A DNA stretch of 53,617 bases from contig DATFPL010000093.1 of NCBI GenBank assembly GCA_035264845.1, positions 1 through 53,617 of the forward strand, in the 5' to 3' direction. This DNA comes from Candidatus Limnocylindrales bacterium (GTDB lineage Bacteria > Chloroflexota > Limnocylindria > Limnocylindrales > CSP1-4). Below are positions 19,114-29,836 of the stretch, one piece after another (position 1 is the stretch's first letter; the number at the start of each line of letters is the position of its first letter). The notes under the pieces are model-generated. The model did not search any database and was not told where the DNA came from. It saw only the letters and a list, made by a program, of their open reading frames with translations. Position numbers and translations under genes: made by a program.

Positions 19114-19688
19114 CAGCCGGTGCGTCCGTCCGTCGTTGCTGCCTCTCGGAGGAACTCGTCGACCAGCCGCCGCTGCCGCGCATCGGTCATCGTCTCGCCG
19201 ACGACCTTGCCGGCTGCCGCCAGGGCGAGGTCCGCGACCTCCGCCCGGAGGTCCGCCAGCGCCCGCTGCTTCTCCGCGTCGATGTCCGCGGTCGCCCGCT
19301 CGCGCATTCGGTCGAGCTCCTGCCGCGTTGCCGCGATGTCCGCATCCCGCGTCTCCTGGGCAACACGCTGGGCACGGTTGATGATGTCGTTCGCCTCCCG
19401 ACGCGCCTCCTGCAGCGCGGCGAGCCGCTCCTGCTCCGCGGCCTCGCGGTCGCGGCGTGCCTGGTCGGCGTCCTCGAGGCCCTGCGCGATCCGAGCTCGT
19501 CGATCGGCGAGCATGCCGCTGACGCTCTTCCCGAACGCCTGGTACAGCAGGACGGCGAAGACGATGAAGTTCAGCGCGGCGACGATGACCCAGAAGAAGT
19601 TGATCTGGAGACCGGCCGCCGCAGGTTCCTCCGCTGTCAGCGCGACGGTGGTCCCGGTCGCACCGCCGAGGACGGCGAGAAGATCCAC
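19113..19688 (-). CDS. atpF: Fo ATP synthase b subunit
   Basis: A single N-terminal TM helix followed by a long charged coiled coil (RRDREAAEQERLAALQEARREA...). Operon position supports the call. Confidence 0.88.
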   Translation of the reverse strand: MDLLAVLGGATGTTVALTAEEPAAAGLQINFFWVIVAALNFIVFAVLLYQAFGKSVSGMLADRRARIAQGLEDADQARRDREAAEQERLAALQEARREANDIINRAQRVAQETRDADIAATRQELDRMRERATADIDAEKQRALADLRAEVADLALAAAGKVVGETMTDARQRRLVDEFLREAATTDGRTG

Positions 19689-19707
19689 GCTTCGAACGCC
19701 TCTCGCC

Positions 19708-19920
19708 CTACTTCAGGACGAGAGCGAGGATCGCGACGACGATCGCGAGCACGCCGAGGCCTTCGGCGAACGCCGCGCCGAGGATGAACTGGGCGCGAAT
19801 GGCGGGCGTCGCGTCCGGGTTGCGGCCGATTGCGGTCGCGGCGAGGCCGGTCAGGATCCCGATGCCGATGCCGGGGCCGATGACCCCGAGGGCCGCGAGG
19901 CCGGCGCCGATTGGTTCCAT
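19708..19920 (-). CDS. atpE: Fo ATP synthase c subunit
   Basis: The 70-aa hairpin MEPIGAGLAALGVIGPGIGIGIL...RNP...FAEGLGVLAIVVAILALVLK lies within a longer shadow ORF. ATG at 19920. Confidence 0.92.
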   Translation of the reverse strand: MEPIGAGLAALGVIGPGIGIGILTGLAATAIGRNPDATPAIRAQFILGAAFAEGLGVLAIVVAILALVLK

Positions 19921-20000
19921 TGCTTGTAGCTCCTCCTGGTTGCGCCCGACTCTCTGTCGGGCGTGTTGGGCCTGTGTTGTTGCCGGGGTCGCTTCGCGCG

Positions 20001-21107
20001 TCAGTGCGCGGGTTGCGCGTTCGGGATGGGCGGGCCGATGTTGCCTTCGGGGATGCCTTCCTCGGTATGGCCGGCATCGTCGTGGGTCTCGACGGCAATG
20101 ATCGTGTACATCAGCATCAGCGTCGAGAAGATCAGCGCCTGGACGAAATTCAGAAGCCCCTCGAGCAGCAGCATCGCTGCCGGGATGAGCGCGATCGTCA
20201 GCGCGGTGATGACACCGAGCGCGACTTCGCCACCGAAGATGTTGCCGAAGAGGCGCATTGCCAGCGTGACCGGCTTGATGAACTCGAGCAGGAACTCGAT
20301 CAGGCCGACGTACAGGGCGATGAGCCCGGCGCCGATCCCGTTGCGGAACGCCCCGAGCGGGAAGAACTTCCCAAGGTAGCTGCGGATGCCGAGCGCCCGG
20401 AAGCCCTGGAACTGGAAGTAGCCGAACACGACGAGCGCGAGGCCAAGGGTCACGTTGACGTCGCTCGTCGGCGCGCGAAGCGCTTCGATCCGCCCGAAGA
20501 ACGGGAGGAGGCCGCTCCAGTTCGAGAACAGGATGAACAGGAAGAACGCCGCGAACAGCGGGATGTGCCGCCGCGCATTCTCTCCGCCGAGCGAGACGGC
20601 CCAGTTCTCGAGCGCCTCCCACGCGAACTCGACGGCGTTCTGCAGACGACCGGGGACGAGGCTCATCCCCATCCGGGCCAGCAGGACGAGGACGAGGATG
20701 AAGGCCATCACGATCCACATCGTGAACAGTGTGTTCGTGATGCTTGGATCGAACGAGACGATCCCTGCAGGCCCCGCTTTCCCGGCCGGGAACAGGATGT
20801 GGGGCGTGAGCGCCTCGAGGTTCGCGTTGATGAGGTCGCTGATGCCGCCGACCGGCTTGCCGGGCTCGCCGGCATACGGCGGGACGAACATGAACGCCAG
20901 GATGTCGAGGACGATGACCGCCGGGATCAGGATCCGAAAGACGGGCCGTCCCTTGCGCTTGGTCGCGTCGGGCTGCTCAGCTGCGGCCGCCGGCGCTCCT
21001 GCTATGTCGTTCGCCTCGGTGGCCTCCACGGCCCGGGCGGGGTTCCCGTCGATCGGGCGCTTCTGGTCGCTCGACACGCTCGCTCCGTCCATTGCGCGCG
21101 GTCGCAT
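20001..21107 (-). CDS. atpB: Fo ATP synthase a subunit (with N- and C-terminal extensions; start uncertain)
   Basis: LSNWSGLLP, and PVTLAMRLFGNIFGGE (conserved Arg). At 368 aa it is about 90-100 aa longer than typical. Confidence 0.9.
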   Translation of the reverse strand: MRPRAMDGASVSSDQKRPIDGNPARAVEATEANDIAGAPAAAAEQPDATKRKGRPVFRILIPAVIVLDILAFMFVPPYAGEPGKPVGGISDLINANLEALTPHILFPAGKAGPAGIVSFDPSITNTLFTMWIVMAFILVLVLLARMGMSLVPGRLQNAVEFAWEALENWAVSLGGENARRHIPLFAAFFLFILFSNWSGLLPFFGRIEALRAPTSDVNVTLGLALVVFGYFQFQGFRALGIRSYLGKFFPLGAFRNGIGAGLIALYVGLIEFLLEFIKPVTLAMRLFGNIFGGEVALGVITALTIALIPAAMLLLEGLLNFVQALIFSTLMLMYTIIAVETHDDAGHTEEGIPEGNIGPPIPNAQPAH

Positions 21108-21125
21108 CGCCGCGCGTGCTGATCG

Positions 21126-21347
21126 TCAATCGAACCTCGCCAGGAACCGCTGGATCAGCCCGTACACCGCTCGGGCTCCGATCCCCAGACCGGCCAGCAG
21201 GCCCACCACGATGAGGAGTGGCGAGGTCCCGAGCTGCCCGTCGATCCAGTGGCCGCCGAGTGCGCCTGCCAGGGTGGTGACCAGGATGATGAACCCGATC
21301 TCGGAAAAGAGGGCGAGGTAGGCGCCAGCCTGGCCTGGCTCGATCAT
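21126..21347 (-). CDS. atpI: AtpI/AtpZ-family small membrane protein
   Basis: 73 aa with two TM helices. It sits immediately upstream of atpB. Confidence 0.7.
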   Translation of the reverse strand: MIEPGQAGAYLALFSEIGFIILVTTLAGALGGHWIDGQLGTSPLLIVVGLLAGLGIGARAVYGLIQRFLARFD

Positions 21348-21370
21348 CGGCGACCTGACAAAGCCGCGGG

Positions 21371-21379
21371 AGTATAGCA
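21371..21379 (-). promoter_or_regulatory. Extended -10 element TGcTATACT; candidate atp operon promoter
   Basis: Read on the minus strand, 23 nt upstream of the atpI ATG and just after the hairpin at 21385-21406. Confidence 0.45.
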
Positions 21380-21384
21380 GAGGA

Positions 21385-21406
21385 CCCTTCGGGGACGTCC
21401 GAAGGG
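21385..21406 (-). terminator. Hairpin (8-bp stem CCCTTCGG / CCGAAGGG, 6-nt loop) downstream of the Pro/Thr-rich gene
   Basis: Read directly. It begins 8 nt after the stop at 21414. Confidence 0.4.
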
Positions 21407-21413
21407 GTGCCCG

Positions 21414-22178
21414 TCAGGGAGTCGGCGTCGGCGTCGGCGTTGGCGCGGGAGGTGGCGTCGGCGTCGGCGCAGGCGTCGGGGTTGGCTTCGGCGTCGGGGT
21501 TGGGGTCGGCTTTGGTGTCGGCGTTGGTGTCGGCTTTGGTGTCGGCTTCGGCGTTGGACGCGGCGTCGGACGCAGCGTGGCCTTCGCGGTAGCCGCGGGC
21601 GTCGGTGCGGGGGTCGGCGTCGCGACGACGGCCGGGGAAGTGGCCACGACGGGTGAAGACCGCAGCGGCGCCGGACGGGTCGCCGTCGCGACAGGCGTGG
21701 CCGCCACCACTTCCGACGGTGGCGGCGTGACCCCGAAGATTATCGAGTCCTGGGTCGGCTCGGAGGTCGCGCCGAGGACGGCGCCATCGGTCCGCGGCAT
21801 CAGTGTCCCGGCCATGAGGACGCCGAACAGGATCACGAACAGCACCGCGGCGACGTCGCGCGACAGGTCCGCGCGTCGTTCGAAATCACGATCGCGGCGC
21901 CGCGCGACCGGTGCTCGCGCGACCACGGCGGGTTCGGGCGGCGGCGGGGCCGACACGACGACGATCCGGTTCGGACGGATGACGTGCCGAGGGGCGGGTT
22001 CAGGCACCGCTGCCGACGAGACCTGCGTCTCCTCGAGATCCCTGCTCCGTCCGCGCCGCCGGGCGAGCCCGCCGAAAACCCTTCGGACATCGCGGCGACC
22101 GCCGTCTCCCGCACCGTGTCCGAGGCCGCCGCCGACCTCGCCGCGGAACCGCACGAGGACTGCGGTCGCGGCCGCCAC
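21414..22178 (-). CDS. Hypothetical single-pass membrane protein with a Pro/Thr-repeat C-terminal tail
   Basis: Arg-rich N-terminus, one TM helix (AAVLFVILFGVLMAGTLMP), then a PT-rich region ending in (TP/KP)n. GTG start. The start is uncertain: the frame stays open upstream to about 22247 with no ATG. Confidence 0.4.
   Translation of the reverse strand: MAAATAVLVRFRGEVGGGLGHGAGDGGRRDVRRVFGGLARRRGRSRDLEETQVSSAAVPEPAPRHVIRPNRIVVVSAPPPPEPAVVARAPVARRRDRDFERRADLSRDVAAVLFVILFGVLMAGTLMPRTDGAVLGATSEPTQDSIIFGVTPPPSEVVAATPVATATRPAPLRSSPVVATSPAVVATPTPAPTPAATAKATLRPTPRPTPKPTPKPTPTPTPKPTPTPTPKPTPTPAPTPTPPPAPTPTPTPTP
21417..21572. repeat. Degenerate tandem hexanucleotide/dodecanucleotide repeat (GGCGTC/GGTGTC/GGCTTT units) encoding RPTPRPTPKPTPKPTPTPTPKPTPTPTP...
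   Basis: Read directly. It is a coding microsatellite-like array at the 3' end of the PT-rich ORF. Confidence 0.8.
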
Positions 22179-22343
22179 GAGGAACGCGGAGACGGCTCGG
22201 AAGAGAATCGGAATGGCACTCCGGATGACGGCGGGACGTGCCCGATGCTAGCACCATGGCGATCGCTTGGAACGCGACGGAGATGCGTCGTCGACCGCCC
22301 ACCGAGACGGATGGCGCACCCTGCGCGCCGGGACGAATCGACG

Positions 22344-23477
22344 TCAGTCGGGCGTGTCGCGCCCCTCGCCGTTCGCGTACGACTCCGCCTCGAGCGCCTC
22401 GTCCGTGAAGCCACCCCACGCCAGCAGCAGCAACACGAGCCCGGTGCCAACGAGGACACCGACGAACGCGTACACCTGGTTCGCGCCGCTGAGAACGAGT
22501 GACAGGATGGCGAGCGCGATGCAGATCGCGTAGATCAACAACACGGTCTGGCGATGCGTCAGGCCGAGGTCGAGCAACCGGTGGTGAATGTGCCCGCGAT
22601 CCGGCGTGAAAGGCGAGCGGCCCGCGAGCACGCGGCGGACGATGATCCAGAACGTGTCGATGATCGGGACGCCGAGGACGAGGAGCGCGACCGCCACCTT
22701 CGCGGTGCCCATCACGGACAGCACGGCCAGCGTGTAGCCGACGAACATCGTGCCGCTCGTCCCGGTGAAGATCGTCGCGGGGTGGAAGTTCCAGCGAAGA
22801 AAGCCCAGCAGCGCACCGGCGAGGATGAAGCAGAGCACGGCCACGAACGGCTGGCCGACCTGCGCGGTGGCCGTCGTGAGGCTGATGACGCCCAGGGTGA
22901 TGGCGGCGATGACAGCGATGCCCGACGACAGCCCGTCCAGGCCGTCGATGAAGTTCACGCTGTTGATCATCCCGAGGATCCACAGCACGGTGAAACCGAT
23001 GGCGAACGGCTCGGTGAACGGGATGCTGCCACGGCCGAACGGGTTGTTGACGACCGTCACGACGATCCCGAGCACGACCGCCCCGAACGCGAGCGCGAAC
23101 TGACCGAGGAGCTGCCACCGCGCTCGAAGGTCGAAATAGTCGTCGAGCGCCCCGATCACGGCCGCCGCGGCCCCGCCCGCCAGCAGCGCGACCAGCTGGC
23201 GCGCGTCGAGGAACGCGGGCGTCCGGACGAGATGGATACGGTCGTTGACGACGGTGACGACGAGCGCCACGGCGATGAACGCGAATGCGACGGCGATGCC
23301 GCCGGCGCGCGGGACCGGTCGGGTGTTGATGCGGCGGTGATTCGGGCGGTCCACGACGCCGAGGCGGACCGCGCGACGCCGGACGATCGGCGTGAGCACG
23401 AACGAGACCGCGGCCGCGATGAGGAGAGCGACGACGAGGATCGGGACGGTCGAACCAGCGTCGCCGACGAAGGTCAC
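22344..23477 (-). CDS. wecA: GT4 MraY/WecA-family undecaprenyl-phosphate GlcNAc-1-phosphate transferase
   Basis: 377 aa polytopic protein: [15 protein letters not shown], and the cytoplasmic loop [23 protein letters not shown]. Its position upstream of the atp operon matches rfe/wecA in actinobacteria. Confidence 0.88.
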   Translation of the reverse strand: MTFVGDAGSTVPILVVALLIAAAVSFVLTPIVRRRAVRLGVVDRPNHRRINTRPVPRAGGIAVAFAFIAVALVVTVVNDRIHLVRTPAFLDARQLVALLAGGAAAAVIGALDDYFDLRARWQLLGQFALAFGAVVLGIVVTVVNNPFGRGSIPFTEPFAIGFTVLWILGMINSVNFIDGLDGLSSGIAVIAAITLGVISLTTATAQVGQPFVAVLCFILAGALLGFLRWNFHPATIFTGTSGTMFVGYTLAVLSVMGTAKVAVALLVLGVPIIDTFWIIVRRVLAGRSPFTPDRGHIHHRLLDLGLTHRQTVLLIYAICIALAILSLVLSGANQVYAFVGVLVGTGLVLLLLAWGGFTDEALEAESYANGEGRDTPD

Positions 23478-24802
23478 GCGGCGGGCAGGCCCGGCACCGG
23501 GAACCGGTTGCAGATCTCGCTTACCTCGGTCGCGAGGCGCCGCTGCGCTCCGGGATCGTCACGGCGCTCGACGGCCTCAACGATGAGGCGGCCGATCGCC
23601 CGCATCTCGTCGCCGCCGAAGCCGCGCGTCGTCGTCGCGGGCGTACCCACCCGGATGCCGGACGACACGTTGGGTGGCTGCTTGTCGAACGGAATGGCGT
23701 TCTTGTTGACCGTGATCCCGATCTCGTCGAGCAGGTGCTCCGCGTCCTTCCCCGTGACGCCGAGCGGCGTGACGTCGACGAGCATCAGGTGGTTATCCGT
23801 GCCGCCGCTGACGAGCCGCGCGCCGTTGCCGGCGAGGGTCTCGGCCAGGATCCGCGCGTTGTCGACCGTCCGCTGCTGATCGGTCCGGAAATCGTCCGTC
23901 GCGGCGAGCCTGAACGCGACTGCCTTGGCGGCCACGACGTGCATGAGCGGCCCGCCCTGGACGCCGGGGAACACGGTCTTGTCGATCGCCTGCGCGAGCG
24001 ACGACTTCACGTTCGGGAAGTCGCCCCGGTCGGCCGTATCCGGCAGCTCCTGGCGCGAGAAGATCAGCCCCCCGCGCGGCCCGCGGAGCGTCTTGTGCGT
24101 CGTCGTCGTGACGATGTCCGCGTGCGGGAACGGGCTCGGGTGGACGCCGGCCGCGACGAGGCCGGCGACGTGGGCCATGTCGACGAACAGCAGTGCCCCG
24201 ACGCCGTGCGCGATCGCGGCCATTCGCTCGAAGTCGATTATTCGCGGATACGCGGACGCGCCCGCGACGATGAGCTTCGGTCGCACGTCGCGTGCCTGCC
24301 GATCGAGGGCGTCGTAGTCGATCCGCTCGTCGACTTCGGACACCCCGTACGCATGCACCTCGTACAGGCGCCCGGAGAAGTTGAGCTTCATCCCGTGCGT
24401 CAAGTGGCCGCCCTGGTCGAGCTTCATGCCGAGGATTCGATCGCCGGGCTGGAGCACGCTGAAGTAGGCGGCCATGTTCGCCTGCGCACCGGAGTGCGGC
24501 TGGACGTTGACATGCTCCGCGCCCGGGAACAGGGCGAGCGCGCGCTCCTGCGCGAGCGTCTCCGCGACGTCGACGAACTCGCAGCCGCCGTAGTACCGCT
24601 TGCCCGGCAGGCCCTCCGCGTACTTGTTCGTGAGCCAACTGCCCTGCGCCTCCATCACCGCGGCGAAGGTGTAGTTCTCGCTCGCGATCAGCTCGATCTT
24701 GTCGTGCTGCCGGCCGCGCTCCTGCTCCATCGCGGCCCACAGCTCGGGATCGACGTCCGCGAGCTTCGCCCACCCCAGGTTCGAGGCTCGCGTGACCGTC
24801 AT
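23474..24802 (-). CDS. glyA: Serine hydroxymethyltransferase
   Basis: I start the gene at [11 protein letters not shown] (ATG at 24802), inside the 813-aa [25 protein letters not shown], and the PLP lysine motif [14 protein letters not shown]. Confidence 0.96.
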   Translation of the reverse strand: MTVTRASNLGWAKLADVDPELWAAMEQERGRQHDKIELIASENYTFAAVMEAQGSWLTNKYAEGLPGKRYYGGCEFVDVAETLAQERALALFPGAEHVNVQPHSGAQANMAAYFSVLQPGDRILGMKLDQGGHLTHGMKLNFSGRLYEVHAYGVSEVDERIDYDALDRQARDVRPKLIVAGASAYPRIIDFERMAAIAHGVGALLFVDMAHVAGLVAAGVHPSPFPHADIVTTTTHKTLRGPRGGLIFSRQELPDTADRGDFPNVKSSLAQAIDKTVFPGVQGGPLMHVVAAKAVAFRLAATDDFRTDQQRTVDNARILAETLAGNGARLVSGGTDNHLMLVDVTPLGVTGKDAEHLLDEIGITVNKNAIPFDKQPPNVSSGIRVGTPATTTRGFGGDEMRAIGRLIVEAVERRDDPGAQRRLATEVSEICNRFPVPGLPAA

Positions 24803-24888
24803 CGCTGGCTCCCTTCCCGGCCGCCGCGTCGACCCGCCACGACGCTCCGGCCGAAGTCGATCCGAACGCGCGCTATCTTCCCACAGCG

Positions 24889-25560
24889 TCAGTCGCCGGC
24901 GGCGATGTCGTGCGCGATGCCGGCGGCGTCGAGTGTCACGGCGAGCGAACCGGGATCGATCGCTCCGGCGCGGATCAGCCGCGGACGCGGCCTCGAGCAG
25001 TCGACGACGCTGGACGCGGGACCGCCCGCTGCGGGTCCGCCGTCGACGACGAGGTCGACCGACCCGCCGAGCGAGCTGAGGATCGCCTGCGCATCCTGAA
25101 GCTCGGGCTCGCCGGAGCGGTTGGCGGACGTGACCGGGAACGGACCCACGTGACGCGCGAGTGCTCGCGGGCAGTCGTGCGCCGGGACCCGCAGACCAAC
25201 CGTCGGAGCTCCCGCCGTCATCACGGCGGGCAGTGTCACGGCGGCGCGGCGCTCGAGGACGAGCGTCATCCCGCCCGGCCAGAAGCGCTCCGCAAGCACG
25301 CGCGCGGCGGCCGTCTCGACGCCGAGCTGCCACGCTTGCTGTGCGTCGGCGAGGAGCAGCATGATCGCGCGGTCCGGCGGCCGCTTCTTGGCGGCGAACA
25401 GCGCTTCGATACCGCCGCGCGTGTCGAGCGCGCAGCCGATCCCGTACACCGTGTCCGTCGGCAGCGCGACGATGCCCCCATCGCGGAGGACGCGCACCGC
25501 CGCGGCGCGGCCGTCGTGGCCGTCGCGGACGACGCGAGCCGGCGGATGAGCCGCGCTCAC
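24889..25560 (-). CDS. tsaC: L-threonylcarbamoyladenylate synthase (YrdC/TsaC type, no Sua5 C-terminal domain)
   Basis: [41 protein letters not shown]. The GTG start at 25560 overlaps the prmC stop (GTGA). Confidence 0.85.
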   Translation of the reverse strand: MSAAHPPARVVRDGHDGRAAAVRVLRDGGIVALPTDTVYGIGCALDTRGGIEALFAAKKRPPDRAIMLLLADAQQAWQLGVETAAARVLAERFWPGGMTLVLERRAAVTLPAVMTAGAPTVGLRVPAHDCPRALARHVGPFPVTSANRSGEPELQDAQAILSSLGGSVDLVVDGGPAAGGPASSVVDCSRPRPRLIRAGAIDPGSLAVTLDAAGIAHDIAAGD

Positions 25561-26456
25561 GCCTGGCGGGCGATCCTCGCCACGCGCGGGTGCCCGGCGA
25601 GGTCCAATTCCACTTCGCAGCGCCACCCGGGCAGCAACCTCGTGACCAGCCCCTGCATCGCCTCCGCCTGGTCGGAGCCAATCTCCAGCAGCGCGACGCC
25701 GTCCTGCGTGAGCGCCTCCGGAAGGCGAGCGAGGAGACGCGCGATGACCGCGAGGCCATCGGAGCCTCCGTCGAGCGCGGCGCGGGGCTCGAACGACGCG
25801 GCGATGGGCAGCCCGTCGATGGCGTCCGTCGCGACATATGGGAGGTTCGCCAGGAGCACCTCGTACGGGACGGCAACGACGGGCGGCAGGAGATCCGCCT
25901 CGATGAACCGGACACGGTCGCCGACGCCGTGCCCGACTGCGTTCTCGCGCGCGAGCGACAGCGCTTCGGGATCCTGGTCCGTGCCGATGATCTCGACGTC
26001 CTCGAGCGCGCCGCGCCTCCTGAGTGCGACCGCCAGGCTCACCGCGATCGTGCCGCCGCCCGTGCCAACGTCCGCGATCCTGAGTGGCGGGCCACCCCGC
26101 GGCCGCGCGGACGCCGCGAGCCGGCGCAGGACGTGCGCTTCGGCCAGCTCGACGAGTCGCTCGGTCTCGGGGCGCGGAATGAGGGCGCGACGATCGGCCG
26201 CGAAGGCGAGCCCGTAGAACTCCTTGAAGCCGCGGATGTACGCGACGGGCTCGCCCGCCTCTCGCCGCGCCAGCGCGTCCTCGAACCGGGCGGCGGACCC
26301 GTCGCCGACGAGCGCGGTCGGGTGCATGACGATCGCCGTGCGGTCCGTCCCGATCGCGTGACTCAGGAGCAGCTCCGCGTCGAGCCGAGGCGTCTCACAG
26401 CCCGCGGAGCGCAGCCGCTCGATCGCGCCGCCGAGGACCTCCTGGACGGTGGCCAC
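25557..26456 (-). CDS. prmC: Release-factor glutamine N5-methyltransferase PrmC/HemK
   Basis: PRPETE, SAM-binding loop [12 protein letters not shown], and the catalytic tetrad read as NLPY (canonical NPPY). Confidence 0.88.
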   Translation of the reverse strand: MATVQEVLGGAIERLRSAGCETPRLDAELLLSHAIGTDRTAIVMHPTALVGDGSAARFEDALARREAGEPVAYIRGFKEFYGLAFAADRRALIPRPETERLVELAEAHVLRRLAASARPRGGPPLRIADVGTGGGTIAVSLAVALRRRGALEDVEIIGTDQDPEALSLARENAVGHGVGDRVRFIEADLLPPVVAVPYEVLLANLPYVATDAIDGLPIAASFEPRAALDGGSDGLAVIARLLARLPEALTQDGVALLEIGSDQAEAMQGLVTRLLPGWRCEVELDLAGHPRVARIARQA

Positions 26457-26466
26457 GGCGTCGCCG

Positions 26467-28758
26467 TCAGAGCCGGATCGTGACGGAGATGTCGCCGACC
26501 TTGCGGAGGACCTCGGCGCTCGTCGTACCCCGCCAGCGATGGAACAGGAGATCGACGGCCGCCTCGCCGACGCGGACGTTCGTGAGCGTCACCTTGCCGA
26601 GCCAGTCGGGCAGGTTTGGCCGAAAGAGCTCCAGCTCCGAGCGGTCGGCGTGCGGCTGGAGGCCGAGCATGGTCTGGAGGAAGAGGAACGGCGCAGCGGC
26701 CGCCCACGCCTGCGGCGAGCACGCAACCGGGTACGGAACGGGCAGCGGCGACGTCTCGCGGTCGAAGCCACAGAAGAGCTCCGGGAGGCGGAACTCCGGG
26801 AATCGCTGGGCGGCCTCGAAGACGCTGCCGACGAGCCGGTTCGCCTCGTCGTGAAGCCCATAGCGCTTCAGCCCGGCGGCGATGAGCGACGTGTCGTGCG
26901 GCCAGACCGCCCCGGTGTGGTAGCCGATTGGGTTGTAGCCGAGCTGCCCCGTGGCATACGTCCTGATGCCCCAGCCGGAGAACAGGTCCGGACCGAGCAG
27001 GCGGTCACCCACCATCCGTGCCCGCGCCGGCGAGACGATCCCCGACCAGAGGCACTGCCCCGCGTTCGAACCGATGCCGTCCGCGACTCGCTTCCCAGCG
27101 TCGAGCGCCATGGCGTAATAGCCGCGGTCCTCGAGCCAGAACGCGGCCTCGAAGCGCTCCCGGAGCTGCGCGGCATCCGCCTCGAGCCGTTCCGCGAGGT
27201 TCGTCTCGCCGCGCAATCGGGCGAGCCGCGCGAGTCGCGATTTCGCGTCGTAGACGTAGCCCTGGACTTCGGCCAGGGCGATCGGCGGCTCGACCTGCCG
27301 CCCGTCGCGGTCGCGGATCGCGTCGTGTGAATCCTTCCAGCCCTGGTTCAGGAGGCCCGTCGGCGACCGCCGCCCGTACTCCACGAAGCCGTCGCCATCG
27401 CGATCGCCCCACTTGTCGATCCACTCGAGCGCGGCGAGCGCGTTCGGCCAGAGCCGGTCGACGAGACTGCGGTCGCCCGTCCAGTCGTACGTCGCCCCGA
27501 GGAGGATCAGCCACAGCGGCGTCGAGTCGACGCTGCCGTAGTACGGCCGAAACGGCAGCTCGTGGGTTGCCGCCATCTCGCCGGTACGCAGCTCATGGAG
27601 GATCTTCCCCGGCTCCGCGTCGCGCTCGTCGTCCACCTCGGTCGCCTGGCGCGCGGCGAGGACGTCGAGCGTGTCGATCGCCAGCTGCGGCCGGAAGGCG
27701 AGAACCTGGAGCGCGCTGATGATCGAGTCGCGCCCAAAGAGCGTGGCGAACCACGGCACGCCTGCCGCCACGTACCGCTCGCCCTCGTTTGGGCCGTCGT
27801 TGACGAGGAGGCGGAGGTCGTTGAGGCCGCGCGTGAGCGTCAGGTTGAACAGCTCATGGTCGGTCTGGACCGCAGTCGTCCCGCGCGTCCACGCGTGGTA
27901 CGCGACGCTCCCGTCGTCGGCGGTCAGCAACGGCGGATCCGGAAAGAGGCCGTTGGCCGATTCCGTCGGCCGGCCCGTCGTCGACCAGACCGTCCAGCCG
28001 ATCGACCGCTCCTCGCCGGGGGCGAGCGTGAACGTCCAGCGGAGCTGGATCCAGCCGCTCAGCCACGGCCGGTCCGTGACCGGTCCCGGCGCGACCTCCG
28101 TCGGCTGCTCGGTGAAGACGATGTGCGATGCGCGCCGGACGCCGTCGAGGCCGTCGTACCGGAACGTCACCCGTCCGCCCTCGACGGCGATCGGGAGCAG
28201 GCGGCCGCGCTCGGGCCGCGGGTAGCCGCGGACCTCAAAGATGTCGGCGTCGTCCGCGGCGAGCTCGATGTCGACCGTGACCGGCTCCTCGACCTCGGCG
28301 TGATTCACGACCTGAAGCCGTTCCTGCAGCGCGTCGTCGGCGAGGAGTCGATCGCGGGTGATGCCGAGCTTCCGGCTCGCGAGGGAGTCGCCGACACCCA
28401 TCTTCGCGCCGGGGTTGCGGTCGATGCTCGGGTTCGTGAGGTGGATCGTGCCGCGGAAGTTTCCGCCGACCGATCCCTGCAGCAGCACCGGCCGCGCGCC
28501 GCCGACACGGAGCCCCAGGCAAGACAGGATCCGCGTATCGCCGAGGTACAGCCCCAGCCCCCGCGAGTCGGCGTGGATGTCGCCGAACTGGTCCGTCAGC
28601 AGGAACAGGTTCTCGTGCTTGAGGACCTGGACGCTGCCGAGGTCCGTCGCCTTCTCGATCGGTCCCGGGCGTGGCTCGAACCAGCGGATGTCGCCGGACG
28701 GCTCGTGCACCGCCGCCGCCGCGGCGCGTGCGTCAGCCGCGCGAGCCATTCGACTCAT
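26467..28758 (-). CDS. Amylo-alpha-1,6-glucosidase / glycogen-debranching-enzyme family protein (GDE N-terminal plus GDE_C domains)
   Basis: 763 aa: [57 protein letters not shown], and the six-hairpin glycosidase region. The start overlaps the prfA 3' end by 17-26 nt. Confidence 0.85.
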   Translation of the reverse strand: MSRMARAADARAAAAAVHEPSGDIRWFEPRPGPIEKATDLGSVQVLKHENLFLLTDQFGDIHADSRGLGLYLGDTRILSCLGLRVGGARPVLLQGSVGGNFRGTIHLTNPSIDRNPGAKMGVGDSLASRKLGITRDRLLADDALQERLQVVNHAEVEEPVTVDIELAADDADIFEVRGYPRPERGRLLPIAVEGGRVTFRYDGLDGVRRASHIVFTEQPTEVAPGPVTDRPWLSGWIQLRWTFTLAPGEERSIGWTVWSTTGRPTESANGLFPDPPLLTADDGSVAYHAWTRGTTAVQTDHELFNLTLTRGLNDLRLLVNDGPNEGERYVAAGVPWFATLFGRDSIISALQVLAFRPQLAIDTLDVLAARQATEVDDERDAEPGKILHELRTGEMAATHELPFRPYYGSVDSTPLWLILLGATYDWTGDRSLVDRLWPNALAALEWIDKWGDRDGDGFVEYGRRSPTGLLNQGWKDSHDAIRDRDGRQVEPPIALAEVQGYVYDAKSRLARLARLRGETNLAERLEADAAQLRERFEAAFWLEDRGYYAMALDAGKRVADGIGSNAGQCLWSGIVSPARARMVGDRLLGPDLFSGWGIRTYATGQLGYNPIGYHTGAVWPHDTSLIAAGLKRYGLHDEANRLVGSVFEAAQRFPEFRLPELFCGFDRETSPLPVPYPVACSPQAWAAAAPFLFLQTMLGLQPHADRSELELFRPNLPDWLGKVTLTNVRVGEAAVDLLFHRWRGTTSAEVLRKVGDISVTIRL

Positions 28759-29836
28759 CGGTCAGCGACGCGAGGCGATCCGCCTGCTCGGCCATGCTCA
28801 GCGCGTCGATCAGCTCGTCGAGCTCGCCTCCCAGCACGGCGGGGAGGTTGTGGACCGTCCGACCGATCCGGTGGTCGGTCACGCGGTCCTGCGCGAAGTT
28901 GTACGTCCGGACCTTGTCCGATCGCTCGCCGCCGCCGACCATCGAACGCCGCGCGGCCGAGTCCTTCTCCCGCTGCGCCGCAATCTCGAGATCCAGGAGC
29001 CGCGACCGAAGCACCGCCAGCGCCTTGGCCTTGTTCTTGTGCTGGCTCTTCTCGTCCTGGATCTCGACGACCAGCCCGGTCGGAAGATGCGTCACGCGGA
29101 CCGCGGAGTCCGTCGTGTTGACCGACTGCCCGCCCGGGCCGGAAGAGCGCTTGACGTCGATTCGGAGGTCCTTCTCCTCGTCGATGTCGATCTCGACCTC
29201 GTCTGCCTCGGGCATGACGATGACCGTCGCGGTCGAGGTGTGGATCCGGCCCGACGACTCCGTCGCGGGAACCCGCTGCACCCGATGGACGCCGCCCTCG
29301 AACTTGAGCCGGCTGTATGCGCCGTCCGCATCGACCTGGACGATCGCCTCCTTGACGCCGGCGGTGCCGGTCTCGCTGAGGCTGATGACCTCGCGCTTGA
29401 ACTTGTGGCGGTCGGCGTAGTGCAGGTACATCCGGAGCAGCTCCGCCGCGAACAGCGCGGCCTCGTCGCCGCCGGCTCCGGCGCGGATCTCCATGATCAC
29501 GTTGCGGTCGTCGTTCGGGTCGCGCGGCAGCAGCAGCACCTTCAGCTCGTCGAGCAGGCGCGCCTCGTCTGCCTCGAGCCGCTGGATCTCGTCGCGAGCC
29601 ATTGCCCGCATCTCCTCGTCGGCCTCGCCGTCGCGCACCTCGCGAGCGCCCGCGAGCTCTGATCGGGTCGTCTGGAGGCGCCGGAATGCCTCGACCGTCG
29701 GTTCGAGGCGGGCGAGCTCCTTGCCGAGCCTGCGAATCGCGTTGGGATCCCTCGATGTCTCGGGCCTCGCCAGCTCGTCCTGGAGATCGTCGTACTGGCG
29801 GGCGACCTCCGTGAGCGTTGCGTCGAGGTCGCTCAT
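28733..29836 (-). CDS. prfA: Peptide chain release factor 1
   Basis: GGQ motif ([23 protein letters not shown]). 367 aa. Confidence 0.97.
   Translation of the reverse strand: MSDLDATLTEVARQYDDLQDELARPETSRDPNAIRRLGKELARLEPTVEAFRRLQTTRSELAGAREVRDGEADEEMRAMARDEIQRLEADEARLLDELKVLLLPRDPNDDRNVIMEIRAGAGGDEAALFAAELLRMYLHYADRHKFKREVISLSETGTAGVKEAIVQVDADGAYSRLKFEGGVHRVQRVPATESSGRIHTSTATVIVMPEADEVEIDIDEEKDLRIDVKRSSGPGGQSVNTTDSAVRVTHLPTGLVVEIQDEKSQHKNKAKALAVLRSRLLDLEIAAQREKDSAARRSMVGGGERSDKVRTYNFAQDRVTDHRIGRTVHNLPAVLGGELDELIDALSMAEQADRLASLTDESNGSRG

Noticed and set aside
21417-21572. A short-period repeat array that might be mistaken for a CRISPR or minisatellite locus.
   Set aside because: The period is 6-12 nt with no spacers, and the array is in frame within an ORF encoding (T/K)P repeats. 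It is a coding low-complexity repeat, not a CRISPR array.
24803-24888. A possible riboswitch (ZTP/pfl or THF-type) in the 86-nt leader upstream of glyA.
   Set aside because: I could find only short generic GC stems. I saw none of the conserved ZTP (GGGTCGTGACTGGCG...CCGCCTGGGCA-like) or THF core sequences. The region is too short and too unspecific to call without a covariance-model search.
23474-25915. An 813-aa minus-strand ORF that would extend glyA about 370 codons upstream across tsaC.
   Set aside because: SHMT homology begins at [11 protein letters not shown] (24802), which is preceded by a GGGAAGGGAG Shine-Dalgarno sequence. The upstream part is out of frame with the well-supported tsaC and prmC genes.
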